From: Promethearchaeia archaeon
Lineage (GTDB): Archaea > Asgardarchaeota > Lokiarchaeia > Sigyniarchaeales > SOKP01
Direction: 5' to 3'
Length of the DNA stretch: 64,000 bases
Assembly (NCBI GenBank): GCA_029856045.1
Contig: JAHQWG010000001.1
Location: forward strand, 1 to 64,000
This document shows, piece by piece, positions 48,706 to 58,887 of the stretch. The position numbers were made by a program, and so were the translations under genes. Within the stretch, counting starts at the first letter, position 1; every line of letters starts with the position of its first letter. The notes below the pieces were generated by a model. It saw nothing but the letters and a program-made list of their open reading frames with translations, was not told the origin of the DNA and searched no databases.

Positions 48706-49338
48706 TTAATGTATTATTGACTGACAAACTAAAAATACTTCATTACTTCTAGAACGCGTTGCCTCTGGTATAAATATTCTAACTTTATGAAATTTTTCTT
48801 TTACTGATTTTAAGAATTTAGGTAGTTCTGATCCTTCAAAACATTTAAAAATGAGAAACCTATCTTTTTTAAGCAAACCAATCGCAATCTCCAGTATTCG
48901 ATCACAAATTTTGATCTGGCTTACTTGGTCAAGAGTTTTATTACCAGTTTTTTTTATTGAACAATCGGATATTATGAGATCAATTTTTATATTGTCAAAA
49001 AACTCATTTAGCTTCTCTTCTAATATTTCATCATGAATATCCATTTTCAAAAAATCAATATCTTCAATTGATGTAATTTTTTTTAAATCTACTCCAATTA
49101 TTTTGGGTTTAATTTTTTTTTTAGAATTTTTTAAATTGATTTCAATAAATTCTTTTGATACTTGCAACCATGAGCCAGGAGCGCAACCTAAATCTAATAA
49201 AGAAAACACATTTTTAAAAATCTTAAATTTTTTATTTATTTGTATTAATTTAAACGCAGATCTAGCTCTATAACCTTCTTTTTTCGCAAATCTATAATAA
49301 TGCTCTTTTTTGTATTCCTTTATCCAATTTTTTCCCAT
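48706..49338 (-). CDS. rlmE: 23S rRNA Um2552 methyltransferase (RlmE/FtsJ)
   Basis: YRARSAFKL, DLGCAPGSWLQV, ISD, FKCFEG, SNEVF. Confidence 0.94.
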   Translation of the reverse strand: MGKNWIKEYKKEHYYRFAKKEGYRARSAFKLIQINKKFKIFKNVFSLLDLGCAPGSWLQVSKEFIEINLKNSKKKIKPKIIGVDLKKITSIEDIDFLKMDIHDEILEEKLNEFFDNIKIDLIISDCSIKKTGNKTLDQVSQIKICDRILEIAIGLLKKDRFLIFKCFEGSELPKFLKSVKEKFHKVRIFIPEATRSRSNEVFLVCQSIIH

Positions 49339-49356
49339 ATAAAATCAACTAAATTT

Positions 49357-50586
49357 TTAGAGCGATAAGAGAAGTTTTTTAAGAGCTTTTATATTCATAC
49401 TAGTCTTTATTGATAAAAAATCAAAATGCGTTCTTGAAGCCTTATAATTTTTTTTTTTTTTAATTTCATTAATAATTTTTTCAATTTTAGGAATGTTTGA
49501 AAGTCTTAATTCCTTAGAAAGTCTATGTAAATTATAGTAAGTAATAGGCATATCATTTTCCTCAACAATTAAATTCAAAATTTTCTTAATTCTATTCTTG
49601 TTATTATAATTACAATCTTCATTTAAGTTAATAAGTTCTTCAATAAAATTAGTTCTATGCATATTTCCGAGCCAGAGTGGGCCTGCAGAAACAATTTTTT
49701 GGCTTTTATTACACAACGGACATTTTCCAAGGATCTTTAAAATATCATCTGTAAAACTCATGCGATGACCACAATGACTGCAATGGATAATATAACCGAA
49801 TTTATTTATATTTTCAAAAATTCTTTCCTTATTTTTGTATGTAAGTGCAAAAAATCTAATAAAATGATTGGAATAAAAAGTTAAGAGGGGTGAAATTCCC
49901 AAATTATTAATGTTGGCGATTCTTGAGATAAAATAGATTAAAATCCTTGCGCCAATTTCCTTACAATATTCTGTATGGAGTGGCATTGACATATATTTTC
50001 TTAGACAAGCTTTCTTTCTAATTCCAAATAAAACAGGAGTATCTGTAGCTGTTATGCAGATTAAACTATTTTTTTTCTTAATTGCTTTAAAAGCAGAATC
50101 AATGTATAAGTTTGGCGTTCCAAATGGATCTATTGAAATTATATCAGGTTTTTCATCTTGTTTCATTAAAGCGAGTTCTGAAAATAATAAATTTGCACTC
50201 TTTTTTGAAATTTTAATTAGTGATTCTATGTCTTTTAAATTGTTTATTTGAATATTTTTCTTAATTAAGTCTATAGCCATAGGATTGATGTCATTAATAT
50301 ATATTTTTTTTATATTTTTACATTCTTTTAACATTCTAATTGAGCCAATTCCAGAAGCCGCCATAGAATCTACAATAACAAGTTTATTTTGATTAAATAA
50401 TTTATTATAAGCTATTATAGCTAAATTAGTAATGTCTCGATTGATTTCCATTTTTTTATTATAAAAAACAACCATAGATTTCGAAGGAATATTATTCTTA
50501 TCAACCGAATGTAAGAAAAAATTAGCCAACCCTTCTTTTTCTACAATAAATTTGTCATTCTTAAATTTTTGATTGTTTTCATTCAT
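49357..50586 (-). CDS. trm1: tRNA (guanine26-N2)-dimethyltransferase
   Basis: VFYN..MEINRD, NDIN, IDPFGTP, ITATD, GPLWLG, ASRTHF. Confidence 0.95.
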   Translation of the reverse strand: MNENNQKFKNDKFIVEKEGLANFFLHSVDKNNIPSKSMVVFYNKKMEINRDITNLAIIAYNKLFNQNKLVIVDSMAASGIGSIRMLKECKNIKKIYINDINPMAIDLIKKNIQINNLKDIESLIKISKKSANLLFSELALMKQDEKPDIISIDPFGTPNLYIDSAFKAIKKKNSLICITATDTPVLFGIRKKACLRKYMSMPLHTEYCKEIGARILIYFISRIANINNLGISPLLTFYSNHFIRFFALTYKNKERIFENINKFGYIIHCSHCGHRMSFTDDILKILGKCPLCNKSQKIVSAGPLWLGNMHRTNFIEELINLNEDCNYNNKNRIKKILNLIVEENDMPITYYNLHRLSKELRLSNIPKIEKIINEIKKKKNYKASRTHFDFLSIKTSMNIKALKKLLLSL

Positions 50587-50612
50587 CTTTAAAGAATAAT
50601 CTCTAAAAAATT

Positions 50613-51329
50613 TTATTTAATCTCATTAAATCCAGAATCATCAAGTTTTACATTAATTTCATATATTATTGATTGTGGTCGATTTTTTAATAATAGAATT
50701 CTTTCTGACATATTCTCGGTTCTTAGAATTTGAATGGTATTAGGTACCCAATATTCTGTTACCTTTCCACCCTTTTCTTTTATTAAATAATTTTCATTTT
50801 CTTTAATTGTTGCTTCATAGTCAGTAATTATTACATTTATTCCAAATTTTTGATTTAAATGAGTTAAAGTTGCTAATATCTGATTTAATTTATGATTTAA
50901 TTCGACGTTTTTCTTCTTCTTTGTCTTATCTGTTTTTAACGAATAAAGATCAAATAGGGAATCAATTAAAATTAATTGAATTTGGGAAATATTTTTATTT
51001 TCAACTCTCTTTAGATCTAATAATATAAATTCCAAATTAAGAACGTATTCTAATAAATCATCAAAATCCTCTATTTTAATGGAAATTATATTATTTGATT
51101 TTTCCTTATTCATTTTACTCTTTAGATTTTCAAATTTCAGTGAAGGAAATTCATCCTTTGTGTAGATAAAAATTACTTTTTCATTTTGTTGTGAAAAATT
51201 TAAAGCAATCTGAAGTGCTAATATTGTTTTCCCTACCCCAATATCGCACCAAATTGAGAGAATTCCTTCAGAAAAATCAATATTTTTAAATAATTGAGTT
51301 AAAAAAGAATTTTCATTCGGTATTAGCAT
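50613..51329 (-). CDS. RadB-like RecA-family protein with degenerate Walker A
   Basis: IWCDIGVGKTILALQ, LILIDSL, GINVIIT, GGKVTEYW; no N-terminal domain. Confidence 0.75.
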   Translation of the reverse strand: MLIPNENSFLTQLFKNIDFSEGILSIWCDIGVGKTILALQIALNFSQQNEKVIFIYTKDEFPSLKFENLKSKMNKEKSNNIISIKIEDFDDLLEYVLNLEFILLDLKRVENKNISQIQLILIDSLFDLYSLKTDKTKKKKNVELNHKLNQILATLTHLNQKFGINVIITDYEATIKENENYLIKEKGGKVTEYWVPNTIQILRTENMSERILLLKNRPQSIIYEINVKLDDSGFNEIK

Positions 51330-51389
51330 GTTTTTTTCAAACAATAATTAGGAAAATTGATATATAAATTTATTATTTATAAAATTAGA

Positions 51390-52190
51390 TTGAGAATAAA
51401 ATTATATATTTACACTAAAAATCCTCGTTTTTTTTATAAAATTAATAATAGTTTAAATAAACTTAGAATCCCCTTTTATGTTTTAAATTATGGTGTAAAA
51501 TTAAGAAATATCAATGGAATTATTCTTACAACCGAAAAAGAATATAATAATGCAATATCTCCTGAGAATCAAACAGATCGATTTTTAGTTTATTCAAATA
51601 CCCAAGATTTTGAAGAATATTTAATGCACGTTCTTGCAACTCATAAATTTGGTTTTAAAAAGCAATATTTAAAATTAATATTTTCAATTGATCCAGGCAA
51701 AAATAAAAGTGGGATGGCAATTTTTTTAGATGAGTATTTTTTGATTTCTAAAATCTTATATAACCAAAAAGATTTTGTAGATAATATTGGAAAATTCATC
51801 TCTTATTTTAATTCTGATAAGTTAAAGCCAATTATGATAAAGATTTTCTTTGGAATAGGAGTTCCGAGTTTAGTTGAGTCTTTATTGGAAGTTTTATCTC
51901 GCAAATTTAAAGAATTTATTCCAATCTTTTATCTTGTTGATGAAAGAAATACTTCTAAAATGAAATATAATAAACACATATTTAAAATTTCAAAACATGA
52001 AATTTCGGCAATTTGGATAGCTATTCGCGGAATTAAGGCAATAAAATCTATGAAAATTTTAGAAAGCAATGAAGAAAATACTACAAGTGAGCTCCCAAAA
52101 AATTTGAATAGCGAGATCAAATTTGATGAAAATTTTGCTAAAAATATTTATTTTGGAAATTTGTCAATTTCCGATGCTTTAAATTTTTAA
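51390..52190 (+). CDS. YqgF/RuvX-like RNase H-fold nuclease with N-terminal extension
   Basis: SIDPGKNKSGMAI, LVDERNTS, HEISAIWIA; TTG at 51390 leaves room for divergent promoters (track start 51357). Confidence 0.65.
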   Translation: MRIKLYIYTKNPRFFYKINNSLNKLRIPFYVLNYGVKLRNINGIILTTEKEYNNAISPENQTDRFLVYSNTQDFEEYLMHVLATHKFGFKKQYLKLIFSIDPGKNKSGMAIFLDEYFLISKILYNQKDFVDNIGKFISYFNSDKLKPIMIKIFFGIGVPSLVESLLEVLSRKFKEFIPIFYLVDERNTSKMKYNKHIFKISKHEISAIWIAIRGIKAIKSMKILESNEENTTSELPKNLNSEIKFDENFAKNIYFGNLSISDALNF

Positions 52191-52274
52191 ATAAAAGAAA
52201 TAAATTTTTTATTTATTATTTAATTCATTATTTTAAATTTTTTTAAAAATCAGAATAAGGGCTGAAATGATATT

Positions 52275-53384
52275 ATGCGCCGTATAAAATCTATTGATGC
52301 TTTCAGAGGTTTGTGCATGTTATATATGATTTTTATGCACTTTTTTGAATGGTGGATAATACCTGCAGATATTTGGGTGCACACAGCTGGCAGAATGATG
52401 ATAGAGTTTATAGGAGCATCTGCTTTTCTCTTTATTTCTGGAATAAGTACTACATTATCGATAAGGTTAAGAAAGGAAAAAGTAAATTCTGATCCAAACT
52501 ATTCAAATTCAGTATTAATAAAAGAGTATTATTATCGTGATTTATTATTTTTATCTATAGGTTTAATCTATAATGCGTTTACAGTTGTTGGAATTTGGGG
52601 ATTGAGGGGACTATGGAGTTGGTATATCCTATTAACAATTCCTGTTTGTCTTGCCATTGGTTACCCTCTAATAAAGTTACCTAAAATCGTCCGTATAGTT
52701 TTAACATTTTTTATAATTTTTATTACTTATCCACTGTTTGCTGTACTAGAAAGTTTAAGGTATACTGATGGAGTTTCGGAGATATTATATCATTTATTGT
52801 TTAATCCATATTGGGAAGACCCAATTTTACCAATGTTTGCTTATTTCTGTTTTGGTACAGTAATAGGTGAGATTTTCTATGAAATTTATTCAATTAAAGA
52901 TGAAAATTTAAAAAATACACTTGTAAAAAAGAGAATTATAAGAAATTTTTTAATTTATGGGATAATCATAATCTTGATTTCAATAGTAGGTGCAATATTT
53001 GTATTTAACGACCCGATTTCAGTATTAATTAGAGGTTCATTTTCATGGATAATATATGCACTTGGTTGGAATTTGATTATAATGGGGATTTTGACATATT
53101 TACATGAATTTAAATTTTCATCTGAATGGAAACATCGTTTTTTGTATTATTTCTCATTTTATTCATTAACAATTTATTTAATACATAATATCGTTGCTTT
53201 ATTTTTTTGGCATTTTTTTAATAAGTATAGTGTCTGGATACCACTCATTCTTATTATAATTCTATTATGGTTTATGTTAAAAACGATATATAAGAAAATT
53301 GGACCAAAATTTTCATTAAAATATGCAATTTCAAAGGTAGCTGTTTATTTATCAAAAAAAAAAAGAGTTAAACTTATGGTCTGA
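52275..53384 (+). CDS. Membrane acyltransferase, HGSNAT-like/DUF1624 family (paralog 2)
   Basis: RIKSIDAFRGLCM..MIFMH; co-linear with 22577-23656. Confidence 0.8.
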   Translation: MRRIKSIDAFRGLCMLYMIFMHFFEWWIIPADIWVHTAGRMMIEFIGASAFLFISGISTTLSIRLRKEKVNSDPNYSNSVLIKEYYYRDLLFLSIGLIYNAFTVVGIWGLRGLWSWYILLTIPVCLAIGYPLIKLPKIVRIVLTFFIIFITYPLFAVLESLRYTDGVSEILYHLLFNPYWEDPILPMFAYFCFGTVIGEIFYEIYSIKDENLKNTLVKKRIIRNFLIYGIIIILISIVGAIFVFNDPISVLIRGSFSWIIYALGWNLIIMGILTYLHEFKFSSEWKHRFLYYFSFYSLTIYLIHNIVALFFWHFFNKYSVWIPLILIIILLWFMLKTIYKKIGPKFSLKYAISKVAVYLSKKKRVKLMV

Positions 53385-53429
53385 ATATAAAAAGACATTT
53401 TTTATTAAAGAACTAATCTTAAATTTATT

Positions 53430-54584
53430 ATGGATAGCAAAATATATGTAGTTAAGACTTCACCGAAGACGGTATTAGATGATTATAAGAAATTATTGCA
53501 TATTGCGAAATATCAAGATTATTATAAAAAAAATGAAAAAATAATCATTAAATTAAATCTTTCATGGAGTAAATTTTTTCCTGCATGCAGTTCTCCGCCA
53601 TGGCAAGTAGATGGTACGCTTAAAACCATGATTGATGATGGATATAATCCAAAGAATCTTTTTCCTTGCGAGAACAGAACCGTTGTCACAAATATTGAGC
53701 TCGGTCTTAAAGGTAATAAATGGGACAAAATAATAGAGAGATATAATACATGGTTTGTTCCATTAACGAGAGTAAAATTTGTTCTCTATGAATCTCTAAG
53801 ACCTAAATTTATTAATTTAAAAAATAAAAAATTACATGTATTAGATTCAAAAATTTTTCCAGAAGGTTTTAGAATCCCTAAATTTTATGTTGGCAAGTCA
53901 ATTATTCATTTACCTACTATGAAAACTCACGGACACACTGGACAAAGAGGAGGGTCTTTAAAGCATACTATGGGTACTTTAAAGCATGGAGGAATAACTT
54001 GTGCTATGAAAAATGCCTTTGGAGGCTTACTTACAAAAAGAAGACATTTTAGTCATCAATATTTGTCTGAAGTTCTTGTAGATTTACTAATAATTCAAAA
54101 ACAAATTCATCCTAACATACTTGCTGTTGTAGATGGAACAGTATGCGGTGATGGAGCTGGACCGAGAACAATGATACCTCGAATAAAGAATTATTTGCTT
54201 GCAGGATATGATCAAGTAGCAGTCGATGCCGTAGTATCTCATATGTTGGGATTTGAACCACTTTCCCTGCCAGCAATTAAAATGGCTCATGATGAAGGGT
54301 TAGGTTGTGGTGATTTCGATCAGATTGATATTGTGGGAGAAGACGTTTCTAAAATTAACTGGAATTTTCATGTAAAAAGAAGCTTGGTCATATGGGGTGA
54401 TCAAATGACCCGGAAGGGTTTTTTAAGATTCTTGGAGCCCCTTCTTCATAATGAATTATTTTTTATGGGGCCGATAATGGCTTCTAAGCTATTCCACGAC
54501 TTGTTTTGGTATAATTGGACAGGGAGGAATAGAATTAATAAATTTTTGAAGTCAGATTGGGGAAAATTATTTCTTTCTTATTAG
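53430..54584 (+). CDS. DUF362 family (putative Fe-S) protein
   Basis: IIKLNLSW, LPTMKTH, AMKNAFG, VDGTVCGDGAGP, DQVAVDA. Confidence 0.85.
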   Translation: MDSKIYVVKTSPKTVLDDYKKLLHIAKYQDYYKKNEKIIIKLNLSWSKFFPACSSPPWQVDGTLKTMIDDGYNPKNLFPCENRTVVTNIELGLKGNKWDKIIERYNTWFVPLTRVKFVLYESLRPKFINLKNKKLHVLDSKIFPEGFRIPKFYVGKSIIHLPTMKTHGHTGQRGGSLKHTMGTLKHGGITCAMKNAFGGLLTKRRHFSHQYLSEVLVDLLIIQKQIHPNILAVVDGTVCGDGAGPRTMIPRIKNYLLAGYDQVAVDAVVSHMLGFEPLSLPAIKMAHDEGLGCGDFDQIDIVGEDVSKINWNFHVKRSLVIWGDQMTRKGFLRFLEPLLHNELFFMGPIMASKLFHDLFWYNWTGRNRINKFLKSDWGKLFLSY

Positions 54585-54690
54585 AGAGAGAGAAATTAAA
54601 TACTATTAAATTCAAGAATCTAATGATAAAATTTAATATATTAAGAAAATAAAAATAGAATTATCTAAATTCAAGAAGAGTGTGAATTTA

Positions 54691-55998
54691 ATGTCTCAAA
54701 AAAGAAAGATTATTGGCTCAGAAAGTCAAAAAGATATAGTAAAAATGTATTCCACTTATGTAAACAAATATAAAGCATCTTTTTTTAAAAAATTGGGTTT
54801 TGGAATCGTTCAAGGTGAGAGAGATCGCTTTCACGTGAAGATGCTAGAAGGAACAAGGAAGGGGCAACCTCCATTAGATTTAATCGATTGCAGAACGACT
54901 GGAGGAGTTTTTAACTTAGGGCATAGACATCCAGAAATAATAAAGGCATTAAAAGATGGTATTGATGCAGGTCTAGATATAGGAGATCATCATTTAATAA
55001 GTGAGCAAAGATCTTTACTCGCAAAAAGATTGGCGGAACTTCTTCCCGGAGATATTTCCAAAACTCAGTACTGTGTTGGAGGTGGGGAAGCAATAGATTT
55101 AGCCTTAAAATTAGCCAGAGCAATTACACAAAGGAAAAAGATTATTTCTGCAAATAGAGCTTATCATGGAGTAACAGGGTTTGCTTTAGGGGCCTGTGCT
55201 TCAAATTTTAAAGACATTTTTCTATGGGGACCATCTGATTTTGTACAAGTTCCTTTTGGGGATATTGATGCAATAACTAAAGTAATAGATGAAGATACTG
55301 CCGCAGTGATTTTTGAAACCATTCCGGCTACTGGAGGAATTTTAATTGCTCCCGAAGGATATTTTGCTAGAGTAAGAGAGTTATGTGATGATAAGGGAGT
55401 CATAATGATTTCTGATGAAGTTCAAACAGGTTTAGGTCGAACGGGAGAGCTCTGGGCAATTTTTGGGGGATTATATGAACATGAAAAAGTTGTTCCTGAT
55501 ATAATTGTACTTGCAAAAGGAATGAGCGCTGGTTATTATCCCATAGCCACTTGTAGTTATAAACCTTTTATTGAAGAAGTATTTAAAGATGATCCTTTCC
55601 TACATATAAGCTCTACTGGGGGTTCAGAGCTTGGTTGTTATGTTTGTAGGAGGATGCTTGATATAATTTCTCAACCTAAATTTTTAGAACATGTTAGAAA
55701 GATGGGAAGGGAATTTAGAGATGGTTTGAACGAGCTTAAAGAAAAATATTCTAATATCATTGTAGATGTACGAGGAAGGGGGCTGATGTGGGGGATTGAG
55801 TTTATTAATGAGGTTTATGGGCAAGTATTTACGGTTTATATGATTAAGAATGGTATATTTGCAGATTACTGTGGGAATAATAAAGCAACAAATAAGTTAA
55901 TGCCCTCATTAATTATTGAATCTGAAGATATTGATGAAGTTTTAAAACGTTTAGATATTGCGTTAAGTGAATATCCTAAAAAAAAACAAGAGGTGTAA
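54691..55998 (+). CDS. Class III PLP-dependent aminotransferase-fold enzyme
   Basis: FNLGHRHP, GGEAID, YHG, DEVQTGLGRTG, PDIIVLAKG, RGRGLMWG. Confidence 0.92.
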   Translation: MSQKRKIIGSESQKDIVKMYSTYVNKYKASFFKKLGFGIVQGERDRFHVKMLEGTRKGQPPLDLIDCRTTGGVFNLGHRHPEIIKALKDGIDAGLDIGDHHLISEQRSLLAKRLAELLPGDISKTQYCVGGGEAIDLALKLARAITQRKKIISANRAYHGVTGFALGACASNFKDIFLWGPSDFVQVPFGDIDAITKVIDEDTAAVIFETIPATGGILIAPEGYFARVRELCDDKGVIMISDEVQTGLGRTGELWAIFGGLYEHEKVVPDIIVLAKGMSAGYYPIATCSYKPFIEEVFKDDPFLHISSTGGSELGCYVCRRMLDIISQPKFLEHVRKMGREFRDGLNELKEKYSNIIVDVRGRGLMWGIEFINEVYGQVFTVYMIKNGIFADYCGNNKATNKLMPSLIIESEDIDEVLKRLDIALSEYPKKKQEV

Positions 55999-56004
55999 AT
56001 ATAA

Positions 56005-56967
56005 ATGAAAATAAATACAGATCTAATTGTGAAATTAGAGGAGACGATTGATACTATACATCCAGAACGAGGGGAGATTCCAATAAAAATCCTTGGTTTT
56101 GGAGAAATAAGTTTGGTATTTGAACTCGTGGATGATCCTGAAAAAGTTGCTTATAAAAGGCTTCCAATCTTTGACAATGAGAAACAAGTAAAAAGACATA
56201 TTAATGCATATAATGAGTATAATAGAATCTTAAAAGAAGATATTGGTTTAAATGTTCCAGATTATGGTGCTTTATGGTTAAAAGGTCCAACAGGAGGGAT
56301 TGTATTATATTGTGCTCAAGAAAAAATTCCTCCCGAATCAATTGGAAATAGAATTATTCACGAACTCAATAATAATGACGTAAAAAAACTAGTTCTGTTA
56401 GTTATGAGAGAATTAAAAAAAGTTTGGGCGTTTAATAAAGATAATGTGAATATTAATGTTGGTCTCGATGGACAAATCTCCAATTTTTCACTTTTGGGAT
56501 ATGATCCTTCTAATCCAAAAATATCTGAAAATGCAAAATTGCTTTATGTAGATACAAGCACGCCTATGTATAGAATAAATGAAGTTGAAGCAATGGAAGC
56601 TATTCTATTCCTAAAAAGTGCCCCGTCGTTTATAAGATGGCTTCTTAAAGCCTTATTTCTTCAAGAAGTGATGGATCGTTACTATGATTGGCGTCTAGTA
56701 ACAATTGATTTAATTGCAAACTTTTTCAAGGAGCAGAAGCCCGAAATAATACCAGGATTATTAAAAGTAGTTAATAAATTCTTTGCTGATGAGGCTAATG
56801 AATTCAATATTGAGCCAATTACTTTTGAGGAGGTTTATTCTTATTATAAAAATGATAAAATGATCTGGGTAGTATTTCAAGCTTTTCGGAAGTTTGACCG
56901 ATTTCTCAAGACAAAATTATTTCGAAAGAAATATGATTTTTACCTTCCTGAAAAAATTGAACGTTAA
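56005..56967 (+). CDS. DUF6206-type protein with protein-kinase-like motifs
   Basis: LGFGEIS (Gly loop), VAYKR, LDGQISN (DxxxxN), YVDT; 6 nt downstream of the aminotransferase. Confidence 0.65.
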   Translation: MKINTDLIVKLEETIDTIHPERGEIPIKILGFGEISLVFELVDDPEKVAYKRLPIFDNEKQVKRHINAYNEYNRILKEDIGLNVPDYGALWLKGPTGGIVLYCAQEKIPPESIGNRIIHELNNNDVKKLVLLVMRELKKVWAFNKDNVNINVGLDGQISNFSLLGYDPSNPKISENAKLLYVDTSTPMYRINEVEAMEAILFLKSAPSFIRWLLKALFLQEVMDRYYDWRLVTIDLIANFFKEQKPEIIPGLLKVVNKFFADEANEFNIEPITFEEVYSYYKNDKMIWVVFQAFRKFDRFLKTKLFRKKYDFYLPEKIER

Positions 56968-56970
56968 ATT

Positions 56971-57711
56971 CTATTTATTTAAATATTTTTTAATTGGTTC
57001 AATTTCTAATAATTTTTTAATATTTTTTATTATAAATGTTGGATTTTCGCTTTCTAAATCTTTTTTTAATCCATGTCCCGATAGAATAGCAATACTATTT
57101 ACCCCCGCATTTTTTGCACATAGAATATCTGTCGGTAAATCACCTATGAAATAAACTCTATTTTTTTCAATTTTTGGGAAACTAAATATGTTTTTAATAG
57201 ATTTCAATGCTATTAAAATAGGAACAGGATGTGGTTTCCTTATAGGAGCATCGCTTCGAGACATTAAAACATCAAAATATTGATTTAAATTAAACTTCTC
57301 AGTAAAATAAGATAATCGTTTCTTTTGAGTATTTGAGACAATTCCAGTGGGAATATTATTATCTTTTAAGATTTTCAAAATATTTTCTAAATTTGGTTTG
57401 AGTGTTTCATAGTTTTTCTCTAATTTAGGGAAGCTAAATCTAAATCGAAGAAAGAATATTATTATTTTTAAATAATTAGGAATAATGCTCTTATAATTTC
57501 TGAGAAGGTTTCTATAAGCCTTAACTTTATTCTTAGAATCAGATTGCTCGAGGATTCGAACATAATCTATAGGTCTCATATTTTCGATATTTTGCCACTT
57601 ATACCACTTATTTTTAACTTGTCTTAAGGCAGCAAGTTCTAAACTTGTGTGTGTTATAACTACACCATCAAAATCAAATAAAATAATGGGTGGGTGGGAT
57701 ATATACATCAT
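56971..57711 (-). CDS. HAD-family phosphatase
   Basis: LFDFDGV, IVSN, KPHP, IGDLPTD. Confidence 0.9.
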   Translation of the reverse strand: MMYISHPPIILFDFDGVVITHTSLELAALRQVKNKWYKWQNIENMRPIDYVRILEQSDSKNKVKAYRNLLRNYKSIIPNYLKIIIFFLRFRFSFPKLEKNYETLKPNLENILKILKDNNIPTGIVSNTQKKRLSYFTEKFNLNQYFDVLMSRSDAPIRKPHPVPILIALKSIKNIFSFPKIEKNRVYFIGDLPTDILCAKNAGVNSIAILSGHGLKKDLESENPTFIIKNIKKLLEIEPIKKYLNK

Positions 57712-58650
57712 TTAATTTAGTCCAAAAATTTCTAATACAGTGTCCCAATAAAAGGCAATAAACATAAAAATAAAAATAAATACTCCTGAAATTATTATTC
57801 CTTTATCAATAAAAGCCCTTGAAGGATTTCTAGCGATTTTTGGATTTGCTCTTAATAAATACATATATTTCAATATTAAATATAATGCAACTGGAATAGT
57901 AAAAACCGAAAAATATTGATGTAATTTAATATTTTCTACATTTAGTAAATTAAATGGCCCTAAAATTATATATAATGAGTATGTCATAAATAATGAACTT
58001 GCAACCAAAATATGAAACTGTTCTAATAGCTTTATTGAGTATTGATCGTATACATTTTTGTGTTTAGATGCTTCTTCCTCTCCCATTAATATTAAATCGG
58101 CATTTCTTTTGCAAATAACTAAAAATAATGCTACTAGAAAAATCGCTAGAAATAACCATGGAGATATGAAAATTTCAATTAAAAAACATCCTGCAATAGC
58201 TCGAATAATGTAAAGAATAGATAGGGAGATAATATCAACGAAAGCATATTTTTTAAAAATAAAATTATACAATTGCCCTACAATTAAAATTGATAATAAC
58301 GCTAACCCAAAAAATAAATTTGGAATTAAAAAAATAAGGCATAAAATAACGAAAAATATTAAAATTAACAATAGAAAGAATGCAAAATCTTTTGATATAT
58401 CACCCGATGCAAGGGGGCGTTTCTTAATTTTTTCTGGATGCGATTTATCTTTTTCAATATCAATAATGTCATTCGCAATATAATTTATAGATGACGTGCA
58501 ACATGCCAGAATAAATCCCAATAATAAAATAAACCATAAAGAAGCATTCAAAATCATTTCTCCAAAAAATGCGGCTATGAATATTAAAAGATTTTTATAA
58601 TATTGCTTTACACGTAATAATCTTAAAATAGAAATTAACTTTCTTGCCAT
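57712..58650 (-). CDS. UbiA-family polyprenyl-phosphate phosphoribosyltransferase-like protein
   Basis: RVKQYYKNLLIF, NDIIDIEKDKSHPEK.KRPLASG, ISPWL, CKRNAD. Confidence 0.85.
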   Translation of the reverse strand: MARKLISILRLLRVKQYYKNLLIFIAAFFGEMILNASLWFILLLGFILACCTSSINYIANDIIDIEKDKSHPEKIKKRPLASGDISKDFAFFLLLILIFFVILCLIFLIPNLFFGLALLSILIVGQLYNFIFKKYAFVDIISLSILYIIRAIAGCFLIEIFISPWLFLAIFLVALFLVICKRNADLILMGEEEASKHKNVYDQYSIKLLEQFHILVASSLFMTYSLYIILGPFNLLNVENIKLHQYFSVFTIPVALYLILKYMYLLRANPKIARNPSRAFIDKGIIISGVFIFIFMFIAFYWDTVLEIFGLN

Positions 58651-58887
58651 TAATATCAATTTTTTTAGAATAAAATATTGGTGATAGAATAATCACTTCT
58701 TTTTTTGTTTTTCTGTTTTAATTTTGAATTTTACTTCTATAAACGAATAAAAAATTGTAAATATTAAAATTTTATAAATATTTAAGGCATATTCTTGAAT
58801 ATCTATTAAATTGTTATTCGAAAATAATTAATCATAATTCAATAAATTATCAAATATTAAAGTATATAGTAAGAAATTATTTAGTTA

